From Adineta vaga (lineage: Eukaryota; Animalia; Rotifera): a stretch of 64,000 nt of DNA. Of the stretch, positions 52,433 through 64,000 are shown piece after piece. The number at the start of each line of letters is the position of its first letter. Positions within the stretch are counted from its first letter, which is position 1. The notes under the pieces were generated by a model, which saw nothing but the letters and a program-made list of their open reading frames with translations, had not been told where the DNA came from and made no database searches. The stretch spans positions 2,914,001 through 2,978,000 of the forward strand of contig CP075492.1 of assembly GCA_021613535.1 (NCBI GenBank), given 5' to 3'. The translations under genes and the position numbers were made by a program.

Positions 52433-54178
52433 ATGTTAAAGTGCGCTATTATTGGTTCTGGTCCTACTGCGATCTATACATTGAAACATCTTCTCGACTC
52501 CGTCGAAAAATATTTCGATCTAACCGTGTTTGAAAAGGCCACCGTTCCCGGAAAGGGCACGCCCTATGGATCGGAGGGATGCAGCCTGCATGATCTATCG
52601 AATAGTTCCAGCCTTGAAATTCCGTCCATCTGTCAATCGTTAGAAGCCTGGCTAATTTCTCGAAGCGATGTTCAATTACAAAATTTCAATATCAAACGAG
52701 ATAAAATTTCTGACCAGAGCTTCTATCCGCGTTTTATTTTAGGCGATTACTTTGCTGACCAACTAAGTCAACTCGTTGCTCGTGGTAATAAAACTGGCCA
52801 TAATATTCAAGTTAAGGCATCCACACAGGTGTACGATTTAGAGGTTTTGCCTGAGGGTATACGCATTAGCTATATACAAGACAATAAAGAACAGCACTCC
52901 TTCTTCAGCAAGGTGGCGATTGCTACCGGACATGCATGGCCTCAAGAGACTTCAAGAACATTGAATTATTATTTGTCACCTTGGCCCATTTCTAAACTGG
53001 ACGGTATTAAGCCTGGAACAATAGGTATTCTGGGAAGTTCACTTACTGCTATCGAGATAGCGATCAATTTGGCATTGAAGCATGGCCGATTCGAACGTAT
53101 TGCAAAAGGCGTGGTGCAGTATCAAGTGGCTGAACATAGTAAGGATCTTCACTTGACATTATTTTCACGCAAAGGCATTTTGCCTGAAGCGGATTTCTAC
53201 GTATCCGACCCATATATACCATTGGATGTTTTTAAAGAAAGCAAGATCTACGCGTTATGTGCTAAGGCAGAAACTGAGGCAAATTTCCCATTATTAGAAA
53301 ATCTATTCACTTTATTTAAAGCGGAAATAATTTTGAACGATCCTGATTACGCGAGGAGCATGAACCTTGAGCAACTGACAATTGAAGAATTTCATGCGCA
53401 ATATTTTAAAGAGCGCATACAAGGCAATGTATTCACACATGCAAAAGAAGATTTGACAAAGGCCCGACAAACTTATCAAACGCAGCAAACAATTCCTTGG
53501 CGCTTTGCAATTTTACGTATGAACGATTTGTTCGACTCCGCCTGTCCATACTTTTCGGCCGAAGAATTGCAGTGTTTCAATCAAAGCTTAAGACTTATAT
53601 TGATGGATAATTATTCCTGCGTTCCTCACAAATCTATGGAGAAAATCATTGCGCTACACGAGGTCGGAATACTTGATGTTCTTGCGGTTGGAGATGATTA
53701 CACATTAAGTCCTCATTCAGACAATGGCGGAGCATTTTTAAAACTTGAAAATGGCGAAGTGCGTGAGTTCCAAACGTTCATCGATGCGACAGGTCAACCT
53801 ACATTGGGAGCAACAAATTTTCCGTTTAAAACTTTGCTCTCGCAGGGAAAAATTAAAGATGCGTTGGTAGCCTATGCCTCGCAAGATATATCTGACAGAG
53901 ATATTCGGCAAATACAACCGGAAGAGGTTTTAAAAACGGTTAAAATAATGGGAAGATATTTCTATAAGATAGAAGGTATTGCGGTGGATAAGTTGCTCCA
54001 TCCTATTGGTGAGGATGGCATTGAGGTACGCCTCAATTGTGCAGCATTGCCATTTTTACTCGAACTAAAACCACTGATTCAGGCGATCACGACTGCAAAC
54101 AAACTCGGTGAAACGATTGCGATGGATTTTATTTCTTACTATTCCGCCAATACGGTGAAATTAGATCAGGAAAGATGA
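52433..54178 (+). CDS. Bacterial-type FAD/NAD(P)-binding protein (YdhS-like), intronless; horizontal-transfer candidate
   Basis: AIIGSGPTA Rossmann motif, GKGTPY, FYPRFILGDY, IATGH, GILGSSLTAIE, SRKGILP, FIDATG; visibly more GC-rich codon use than neighbouring genes. Confidence 0.88.
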   Translation: MLKCAIIGSGPTAIYTLKHLLDSVEKYFDLTVFEKATVPGKGTPYGSEGCSLHDLSNSSSLEIPSICQSLEAWLISRSDVQLQNFNIKRDKISDQSFYPRFILGDYFADQLSQLVARGNKTGHNIQVKASTQVYDLEVLPEGIRISYIQDNKEQHSFFSKVAIATGHAWPQETSRTLNYYLSPWPISKLDGIKPGTIGILGSSLTAIEIAINLALKHGRFERIAKGVVQYQVAEHSKDLHLTLFSRKGILPEADFYVSDPYIPLDVFKESKIYALCAKAETEANFPLLENLFTLFKAEIILNDPDYARSMNLEQLTIEEFHAQYFKERIQGNVFTHAKEDLTKARQTYQTQQTIPWRFAILRMNDLFDSACPYFSAEELQCFNQSLRLILMDNYSCVPHKSMEKIIALHEVGILDVLAVGDDYTLSPHSDNGGAFLKLENGEVREFQTFIDATGQPTLGATNFPFKTLLSQGKIKDALVAYASQDISDRDIRQIQPEEVLKTVKIMGRYFYKIEGIAVDKLLHPIGEDGIEVRLNCAALPFLLELKPLIQAITTANKLGETIAMDFISYYSANTVKLDQER

Positions 54179-54259
54179 AACTTAACCTATCTGGCAGGTA
54201 GATGCGAGTGTGAACAAGTACCATAACATGTTTCATCTACGCCACTAGGGCTATCCGCT
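54175..54259 (+). pseudogene. 5' remnant of a putative GFA-family gene, translationally coupled (ATGA) to the upstream gene
   Basis: MKLNLSGR, then after a ~4-nt offset CECEQVP*HVSSTPLGLSA, resembling the GxCxCGxVRYxVxxxPL start of GFA proteins. Confidence 0.5.
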
Positions 54260-55188
54260 GGCTTGAATCTTTCTATATCAATTTCAACAATCACAAAGGC
54301 CTTAATTCTACATTGTTACCTGATCTAATAAAAAAAGAATTAAGCCACATGGTTATGATCTGTGCTATACACAAGATCATATATAACTTCTTTTTCGTTC
54401 TTTCCTTTCTTTTGTATTTTCGTTGTTTTGTATATATATTTATATAGTTGTTTGTTTACTTTTTCGATGATACAGCAATAAACATATAAAGAGAATAGAT
54501 CATCTAACACACATAATATTGAATTTTAGTTTAGGGTATGGGTGGATCTGAATGTGTAAAAGGAGTGGGGGTATCTTGATGGTGCAGGTGAGGGTGTGAG
54601 ACCAGCTACCGTGATCTAGATTTCACTATGGCTAAGTAGATCTTCGGATGGCAATTAATCTAAATGATCGAGAGAGCGTCCATGAGGCCACCTAGCATCG
54701 GCCTATATATCGAGGCACTCGTCAAATTTTCTTTTAATTTTGTAATCTCATTTTGTTCAGCATTATCGAAAATCCCCAAATCCAAATTTTTACCGCATTT
54801 GGTTGAACTGACGGAAAATTATCTTAATTTCACTGGAAAGCACTCGAAAAACGATTTTGAAATTTTGTTAAAAATCTCGAGATTTAGGAAGATAGAGAAT
54901 CAAAAGTTGAACAAAATGGCCTATTTGGATCTTATTTTTCTGTATTTAATCTAAATGTTTTTATTTATAATTGAATGATAAGATTAACTTTCCATATGAA
55001 TAATTCATATCAATAATCGTATAGTTAATTGCTGAATTAATTTTCACTCAATCATTCTCATCATCCTCACCTTCTTTTACTCTAAACTAATTATAAAGAA
55101 TTGAAACGAGAAAAGCACTCCATTCATAACAATAGAAATATTTAGTTGTAAAAACCATATTAGAAGTAGTAAGTTCCATGATGAAAAT

Positions 55189-56333
55189 TTAATCTGATGC
55201 TATTGTAAGTTGCTGTCGAAGTTCTGATACATCATCTTCTGTTTTTCTAATTGTATTATTAATTTCAGTAGAATTAATTTGTTTAATATTAGAAAATTGT
55301 CCATAGTTTTCAATGATGAAAACATAACATTTATAAATCCAAACTCCAATAATTCCACCAAGAATAGGACCAATAATAGGTATCCAAAAATAACAATTAT
55401 TTGTACTAAACACATTGTTCCAACCATAAATGAATCCAGCAAAGAGACGTGGACCGAAATCGCGAGCCTATTTTCAAAAGAAGAAGAAGAAGAAGAATAT
55501 TTATCAAATCAATGTATAAAATTCTTATACGGGATTAAGTGCAGCTGCAGCATTGATTGAAAATGCACAATTTATACCAATAACAATAAAAATAAGTGCA
55601 AAAGCTTTACTGCCTACAGAAATCATTTGATTAAAGTTCTACAAAAGAATTTATGTTCAATTCATTTTCTATCTATTGAAATTTTCTATTTTATACTTGT
55701 TCAACAGCGACGATAAAGATTAATAAAAGAGCAGTACCAACAATCTGATCTATCAATGCATTCCAATGCGGTACGTCGACATCAGGCATTGTAAAAAAAA
55801 TATCACCTGTACCATTGAGACCTGTTATTTGACGAAGACCACCATCAAATTTATTGAATTGACTCCAATAAACAAGATAAACTAAAGTAGCTCCTAAAAA
55901 TGCACCAGATACTTGACCAAGAACATAAAAAACACACTGCAAAGGTTTTAGTTTGCCAACAGTCATTAACGCTATGCTAACAGCAGGATTTATATGTGCA
56001 CCTACAATTAAATTTCAACGAGTTCACTGAGTATAAACCAATTCGATTTAAGATGAAGTTTATCTATTCTACCTGTAATAGATCCAGCAGCCATCAATGC
56101 TAGAATAGAAATTATTTTATGTTTAGAAAATTGTAACTTGGTTGAAGGTTAAAAATACCTGTATAAATTCCAACACCAATTGCAATATAGATGGTAAGTA
56201 TTGAATGAGACGTTAATTGAGCAAATTTATAATTAGCAATAGCACCTTCATTAAAAACTATCAGAATAAATGTTCCAAAACATTCAACTAACAATTCAAC
56301 CGCATATTGTTGTAAGTCCTTTCTCTTCACCAT
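55189..56333 (-). CDS. Aquaglyceroporin (MIP family, AQP3/7/9/10-like), 5 exons
   Basis: ECFGTFILI, GAHINPAVS, IFFTMP, DQIVGT, LNP|ARDFGPR (Asp after the second NPA), FWIPIIGPILGG. Confidence 0.93.
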
Positions 56334-57329
56334 ATTTTATTTCTTATATGAAAAGCATTAGAAATAGTGTTGTTTTAAGGTACCGTATATTTATGCACAT
56401 TATCAATGCTTTTCTCTTTTCTGTTCTCTTCAGTAAGTTTTTTACCTTTCGATCGTCACACATGTTATTTTATCTTAATGTACGAAACACACCATTGACA
56501 AAAGTATCATATAACATATATTTTATATCAAGGTTGAAAGAAAAGCAAGGAATATAAGATACATATTTACTACCATCGAAATCAATTCATTGGAAAGATT
56601 TATATGATTGATTAAGAATAAGGCGTCATTATTGATATAAACAAAAGCGACGAATAATTTGATTTCATTCAAGAAGAATGAGAAACCGATCTTTTGGATT
56701 GCATAATCGATACGGATGATACAAGAGCTATCGTTATTTACCCGTTAAGTCCAAGCAACGTACGAATACATCGTAATGTAACTAATGAATAAAGAAGCTT
56801 CTAGCATATTCTTTGATTATTTGGACGACCTTATTTTCGTTTTACTTATTACTATTACACAGCTATGTTTTCTTTCCTTCTACCTGATGATATATACGAT
56901 CTATCATTCTTGTGTGTGTCAGTACAGACAGTTTTCTTTGTATTGATAACACCGAAATGTTATACCTTCGTAAAAAAATAAAAAACGTGCTTGAAAAACT
57001 ACGTACAGAAATTTTCAATTTTCGCAAAAAAACCCGAGATTTAACGGATTAATCAAGATCGTAATAAACTTGACGAAGTTTCAACTAAAATACGGATTTT
57101 AGTCGATAAATTAAACATTTCAATGTTCTATACGCATTTATTCTATCAGAAGAAATACAATTTAGAAGTAATGAATACATCGATATATATATATATATGT
57201 ATTAAGTGAGTCAAATATTATCCTGAATTAACAGTAAAACGCTAACGATATACAGCACGATTATATATTATAAATTGGGTATTGATCTTTTGCGTTCTTT
57301 TATTAAATAACTTTAAAGAAAAAGAAACG

Positions 57330-58119
57330 ACAACAACTAGAATTGATCAAAGTAAATGAAGAAAGTTATTCTGAACTTCGTTTATTCTATAAAACAACTT
57401 TAGATTGTCCATGTTCATCAAGTCAATTTCCTTCAATATCTTATGTTAATTTAACTGTTGAATTACATGAAATAAGTTCAAGTTCATTTATTAAAAATCT
57501 TTTTGGTAATAATAAATGATTGAATTTATCTTTAAATAATTTTCAACGTTATGGTTTTATTTATTTCAAAAAGAGTATTTTAATCAATCAAATTATCGTT
57601 TTATTCCACAATATGATAATCAATGTTTATGTTAAATATCTTCAATTATTGTATTCAATCGATTTATATTAAAAATTATCTTCTAGATGGTTTTCTACTT
57701 GATTATAATCCACTTGAATCATTTTTTCGATCAAATTTTATTTGTCTTTATAATGAAACATGTGTTCAATGAATTAATTCTAATAATTTATCATTTATTA
57801 AATCATTAAATTCATCAAAATCAATTCAATATTTTAGAAATAGTACAATCAATGATTTAGCATTAAATGCATTTATAGAACAATGGTCAATTAATATTTC
57901 TTAATCGAAATATTTTCAAATCTGTTCTCCATCAATATGTACCTATACAATATAAGTAAACGAAAAGATATTCTTCAAGTAATTACTATTTTCTTAGGTT
58001 TATATGGTGGATTCACATTTATTCTTCGTCTTATTATTCCTTATTTAATGATTATTTTACAAAATATTTATTATTATTTATTTCGACAATACAATAATCG
58101 TGTTTTATCATTTAATTAA
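57330..58119 (+). pseudogene. Decayed copy of a cysteine-containing membrane protein family
   Basis: Fragments YKTTLDCPCSS, PLESFFRSNFICLYNETC, RNSTINDL..FIEQW, YFQICSP, FLGLYGGFTFILRLIIP interrupted by stops, frameshifts and deletions. Confidence 0.6.
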
Positions 58120-58204
58120 AATAAAAAAAAAGTAATCTTTTCAAAATTTATTCATTTCTAATTCTAAAAACAGACATTACTATATTTTCGTCCGTTACTT
58201 ATCA

Positions 58205-58259
58205 TTGAGGGCGTGGATGTGGATGCAGACTGAATACCGACACCCACGCCCCTCAAGAT
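58205..58259. repeat. Short hairpin element with telomere-like arms (representative of a dispersed family)
   Basis: TTGAGGGCGTGGATGT..ACACCCACGCCCCTCAAGAT; related copies at 13804, 14170, 29935, 35295, 44857, 48061, 50712, 52150. Confidence 0.75.
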
Positions 58260-58260
58260 T

Positions 58261-58575
58261 TCCATGAAAATAAAAATAATTCAAAAACATTATTAAATTG
58301 ATTAATGATTAAAAAGTAGATTATTTCTTTCGAATGAAATAAAAGAGAAGAGATCAAGAGAACTTTTATTTGTCCTTAGTTTATATATACATAGAAGACG
58401 TGACAAATATATACTTTACTTCTTTTCTCTTTCTTCGTGTTTTATTTACCTTATTGTTTTATATATAGTGACTCATTTGACGTATGATATGAAAATAGTA
58501 CATTCGGAAATAGTTCAAGAAAAGGACATTGATTATAGAATGAATATATTATTTAGTAAAAGGAAAATAAAAGTA
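58261..58575 (-). pseudogene. Truncated duplicate of the sulfotransferase 5' end and promoter
   Basis: 58261-58290 is identical to 62069-62098 (first 10 codons, MFLNYFYFHG); diverged similarity continues ~290 bp upstream. Confidence 0.8.
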
Positions 58576-60134
58576 CTTTTAGAAAAGGAAAAGAAAAAAA
58601 TTAAAATCGTCATTTTGTTCTGCTTAAATATCAAAATAGAATTTATAAATGAGCGTTCTCAGATAAAATATGAGAATTTGTTCGAGAAATCAATTAATGT
58701 TAAATCTTCTTTGCTTTGAAAAAATTCAATCAAGAAAAAGCATTTAATAAAGATTTAAATTCTTTAGAAAATACCAAATTTCGTAGGAGGTCGTCAGTGT
58801 TCCTTCGATTCGTCATTTCCCACTGCTTGATATTCACTGTCACATTTATAGTTGAACATCGAACAATATTTTCTTTTCTATCAATGTCTCACGAATAATA
58901 TAACGTTTATGCAATCACTTAAAACAATTCATAAGCACCATTCAATTAAAATAAGAGTCAAACTCAAGACGAAGATTACGGCTATTGGATCTTTTAAGAC
59001 ATTGCATTCACATTCCTTAGTGAAATTGACTTATATTTTTCGACCTGTGATATTTATAAAGCGTACATTCTACGCTAGACATCTGCGATTCAAGGAGCAG
59101 TCATCCTATTCCGAAATTGCTTGACCTACTAAACTGACTATCATTCAATTTCGGAATTCATTCCATCCCATTCCGGAATTACTTATATTCGACTTCTACT
59201 CATACAGTCATATTCCTAGGAATTCCTGCCAATTCCAGAATTGCTTCAGTTATTGAGATTTCTGTAAGAATTAACATGAATATGGATATGCAATTCCGTT
59301 TGGCAATTCCGTAATTACAGTCATATGCAATGATCAGGAATTTCTGTTTATTCCTTCCGATACCGTCATAACTGTATTTGCCAATGTTTAGCTGCGGGAT
59401 AGAAGTATTTAGATACTCTAAAGGATACTATTGCTTCATAAGATAGTCTTTGAGTGACATCTGTACCCGTTTGAGGTTCCTGTATGTTATAGATTGTTGT
59501 AAGTGAGGGTGTGCGGAAGGCTCGGTCGGCGGGTACATCCAGAACTGCAGACCTCCGTTAAAAGACACCATGATCTACTGAATTTGAAACTCACATCATC
59601 CGACCATGCTACTAAGTCGCAGAGGAACTCTCGTAGCATACTAAACTCGCGCATTGCGCAAAATGACGTTTTGACCAATGCAGTTTTCTATTTCCAGTTC
59701 GCGACTGGCATCATACAACATCATCACGTAAAGAAACATCCAATGCCAATCGCCTATACGTGCCATATTACTTCATAACAGCCACTTGCTATCAGTAGCC
59801 CACATTCATCCGTACCTATAAAATCTTCGATATGCATCAAACTCGGTGTTGATTGCTAGTAATTTCGCTCTTCACGAAATCCACCCACTCAGAGACTTCC
59901 CCTTTGAGAACTATTATTCTATTATTGAGAAAATGCAACAAATTCCGGAATAGGCAGGAATAACCAGGAGGTGCGTGTGATGGAATTGAGATAGATGGTA
60001 CGTCAGTACAGGATTTCCTGGTAGTGGCTTGTATATGCCGTAAATGATGTTTTTGTGTATTCCGGATTTGCTGACACTCGATTCCGACTGGCAAGGGTGT
60101 GCACGAATGTGTAACTTTTGGCAATAGAAAGTAC

Positions 60135-60278
60135 TCTCTACTACCTCAAGATGATGATTTCCAACTAGCTTTCACTGATGTTTTTTTTTGAACTTTGACC
60201 TTTGACCTTTGACCCTGACACAAAAATTTACAAAAACCTATTTTTTTTCGTAAGACCCTCTCTACATTCGAGGGAATA
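60135..60278. mobile_element. Partial inverted copy of the other end of the DINE-1/HINE-like element
   Basis: CAAGATGATGATTTCCAACTAGC..TTTGACC..TGACACAAA..TAAGACCCTC..TCGAGGGAATA is the reverse-complement homolog of ~2806-2930. Confidence 0.7.
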
Positions 60279-60780
60279 TTCAAATCAGGATTTTTCAATT
60301 TGAAAAGATTTCTTTCACTTGTTATTATTCTAAATTAATTTTCATTTGATAAAGAAACAAATTTATGCTGTTCATAGAAACGATCGTGTTGGATGGGTAG
60401 AAGTATTATTGGGTCAATAATTCTTTCTTTCTTTCTTTTTTTTTACATTTATTAATCATTAAATGGAGAATAACATAGTTTTTAAAAAGTATCACTTTCA
60501 ATTAGAAATTCAATTTAATTATTTAGATTAAAAAAACAAAAAAAAAGAAGTTATTCTTAAAAATATTGTTTCACAATGAATTTCACATCCTACGTTTCAC
60601 TTTTACGAGAACTGTAATTAATTAAAATATTATTCTATTTATAGTCATATTAGTACAATCTAATACATGTAGTTTTGTCAGTATAATTACGAAATGTAAA
60701 GAATAAATAACTATCTTTATTTTTTTTATTAACTAAATATACATATTCACACATCATTCTAGTCATCTGAAAAAATATTT

Positions 60781-62098
60781 TTAACATTTAAGTGTTGTTC
60801 GATTAACATAATCTTCAATTCGATAATTAAATAATTGAAAATCATCATTATAAAGACGTTTAAGTCGACAAATCGAATCATCTGGTAATGATAAATATAA
60901 TTGTTGATAATCTTTTGTTTTATGACCTGATGCGCCACGTCTCTTTTCAATTTTCCAATCTGTTACATTAACACGTTTAAGTAATAGATCAAAATCTTCA
61001 TTAAATGTTTCATATTTTCCAATAAAATTATATTGAAATTTACAAACTTGACAAACAACAGTAAATGGTTGCCAATGCGTATCCATTCGAGATATTCCAA
61101 ATGTTGTTTCAGTTCCCGTAAGAATATATTGAACAAAATGTTCAAATGATGGAATATAATCTGTACATGGATCATTTCTTTCAATGAAATTTAATCGTGA
61201 ATAACGACGACAAATCATTTTTCTAACATTATCATAATGAGGTTCAGCTTGTATTCGATCTTTTGCAAGTGTTCCTATTCTTTCTTTATAAGCTGATGCT
61301 AAACGTTCAAATGGATGTCGAACAAATAAAGCTCGAGTAAATTCAGGTGAAAAGACACTCGAGAGATTTGTTAAACTTGTAAAATGAACATTGGGAAAAA
61401 CATCTTTTAAACTAAATCTCCATGGATTAAGAAAAAGAGATGGAGATTTATCATTGATACTTTCAAAACGAAGAAGATGAAGATATGTTTCAATTAATGA
61501 AATAATTGATTCACCATTGTCAGGTATTGAAATTCCATTCTAATCAAATATAAAAATATTTTTCTTTTTGTTTTTTTTTGAATAAAAATTTTTCTTTTAC
61601 TTTTTTTAATTCTTTGATTAATTTAGGAATATTAATAAGTTTTTCCACTTGATTTCTGTTTCTATCAAGATCTGTTCCATTTTTTGTAAGATTATCAATT
61701 GTATCACGAATATAAACATAAATCATCAATGAAACAAGAGTTTTCGATGCTATTTTTGGAATAGCACAATACATTAAAGATTGAGATTGAACAGGAAATA
61801 TAGCTGAATGAAGCCATGGATATGTACGAATTAAATTCATCGATCCTGATATTTTCATATCTGATGATAATGTATTTGAATGATTACAAGTATTATCAAG
61901 TATTTTAGAACGTTTTTCATAATTGAAAGGTGAATTAATTTCTTTGATCAATAAAAATGAATCTAATTTTTGATTTATAATTGAAAATGATTGATGAAAT
62001 TGAATTACAATTAAACAACTTAAGAAAAATACACCAAAGATATAATATTGTTTACATTTTTGAAGATATCCATGAAAATAAAAATAATTCAAAAACAT
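60781..62098 (-). CDS. Golgi carbohydrate sulfotransferase (Sulfotransfer_2, CHST8-14-like), 2 exons (62098-61601, 61539-60781)
   Basis: N-terminal TM; 5'-PSB YCAIPKIASKT; 3'-PB FVRHPFERLASAY; DTHWQP, C..C, FIGKYETF, LYNDDFQLFNY. Confidence 0.93.
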
Positions 62099-64000
62099 TA
62101 TTGAATCAATGTGTAATGAAAAGTCGAAAACTATTTTTGTACTTGTTTCGAATGAAGTGCAAAAGAAAAGTTGAAAAAAAAACTTCTATTTTACGATACT
62201 TATATACACATAGAAGACGTGACAATGATGTGTTGTATTCTCTTTTCTCATTCTGTAAGTTCTCAGTATTCTGTTATTTATTTGACGTTTGGTATGAAAA
62301 AGTACATTAGTGAAAGTTGAAACGAGAAAAGAACATTGAATATAGAATGAACATAATATTTAATCGAAGGAAAAGAAAAAAGTGTTTGCTTTTCCAAAAA
62401 AAGGCAAAAATAGAAATGGAAATTATTAATGAAGATTTTAAAAAAAATTAAAAGACAATAGTTTTATCAATACGTTGAATATCACCAATTTGTTGAATCA
62501 AAGATAAAATCATACATGTACAATTTGTGATGAGAGCAAAGGAAATTATGAGGGATTTTAACTAAGATAATTCATTTGAAAAACAATACACACGGGAAAA
62601 AAAGTATGTTGATTTTTGATAAAATAATCAATGAAAAGTCGATTAGTTCGTGCTTCTCCTTCTCTCTTTGAGAAAATTCTTACAATTTCAAATATTGGTT
62701 CAGTTTGATTGAATTTTATATAATACAAACTAGTTTGTGGATGTCAACCTTGATAATGAAAAAGGAGATGAACCATCTTAATTATTTGATTTTATACGTA
62801 ATATTAATAAAACATAATTAATGAATTTCAATATTTCATTATTCATAATATCATCTGGATTTAATATAAATGATTGAATTTATTTTGATTTATTTAATTT
62901 TAAATCAAATAAAATATATTTCCTGTTTTACTTTGATTATAATTCTTATCCTAATTCATATCTTCAAATTGTTTTATAGATATTTTTATTTTAATATTAA
63001 ATTTAAAAATAAGAATATGAATTGATAATTGATTATTTCATGTTGAGTTTTTAATATCTTCTACAATTTGTTTCTTTTGATTGATATTTCATACTGTTAG
63101 AAAGAAATGAGCATTTGTGTCATTACTAATGCACGAGCTGTTTTAATACCAATGTCTTACAAAAAAAAAGGAAAAGAAAATAATGATAAAATATTTGGTT
63201 TCATCAAATTAAATTTATCTGATATATCTTCAGTTATAAGAATTACTTTTTACTATTAAGATTTATTTTCAAAAGATTTGACGATTTCTTCTACAATAGT
63301 ATTTGTACTGAAATTTGTTGATATGATTTCAAAAGATTAAAAATGAAAGTGTGTATATCTTATCTTCTATGTATTGACGTGTTGAATTATATTATGAATA
63401 TATTCAATACTTTAATTAACATTTTCTTTTTAACTTTTGTTTATATTTATTTTGTATATGAGATAGTTATAGATTTAAAAGATGTTGTTCTTCTAATTCA
63501 TTAAATATATAACTATAAATAATATTCATATGCAGTTTTCAAATATAAAGTATTTGCAAATATGATAAGACACTAAGTTCAGTTATAAATGGAGTCGCAA
63601 CAGAACTGAGAATAAACAAAATATAACAACTGATTTCCGTCGAATTTTATCTTCATTGTCATTGGAAGTCGATGCAATCAATGTTGATTCATCATCATTT
63701 TTTAATTTGATGTCAAATCATTCATCTATCTTTCAGCTTCTTCGTTGAAAAAATGTCCACTAAATCAGTCGTTTTAACAGAGAAAAGACAAGAAAAATGA
63801 TCAACTTGTAGTACATTCATAGTTTTCACTATAATTACAATTAAATAATAATAAATAATATGTCATATATGTGATTATAATCTTAATATTTATCATTGAT
63901 TTTTGTTATACCTATGATCGTCCTTATATAGTATAGATATTGTTAACTTATGATACTACTATGATATATCAGTAGAGAATTAAATGATGTCTCCAATATA

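Noticed and set aside
41702-54250. hAT-like terminus CAGTGGCGTAGCCAG at 41702 and a near-complement CTACGCCACTA at ~54237, suggesting a 12.5-kb transposon carrying the bacterial gene
   Set aside because: The match is only ~10 bp, no TSD is evident, ordinary host genes lie between, and the second site is explained by the GFA-like remnant.
62430-64000. Possible decayed gene at the window end
   Set aside because: Extremely AT-rich, with no ORF or motif I could support.

Overview
AT-rich eukaryotic (animal) DNA with many short (~50-60 bp) GT-AG introns. The gene families (NHL-EGF, LDLa/EGF-7TM, ART-TPR, WWE-ART, kelch, F-box/LRR), TGTGGG/TGAGGG telomere-type hexamers and several bacterial/fungal-looking genes are most consistent with a bdelloid rotifer; this is inferred, not searched. 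The window holds about 14 apparently intact protein genes and several pseudogenes. Mobile DNA: (i) a 7.8-kb Ty3/gypsy LTR retrotransposon with identical LTRs and a third ORF encoding a DEDDy-type 3'-5' exonuclease, inserted into a GPCR-like gene; (ii) a decayed piggyBac; (iii) a 1.2-kb non-coding LTR mini-element next to a degenerate tRNA-Arg; (iv) DINE-1/HINE-like repeats; (v) a GC-rich foldback. Signals outside the ORF track: a minimal hammerhead ribozyme; a dispersed family of short hairpins with telomere-repeat arms, one lying exactly at a gene-truncation breakpoint; and an intronless bacterial FAD/NAD(P)-binding gene that still carries an ATGA-coupled remnant of the next gene of its donor operon. 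All calls come from reading motifs by eye; no database searches were run.
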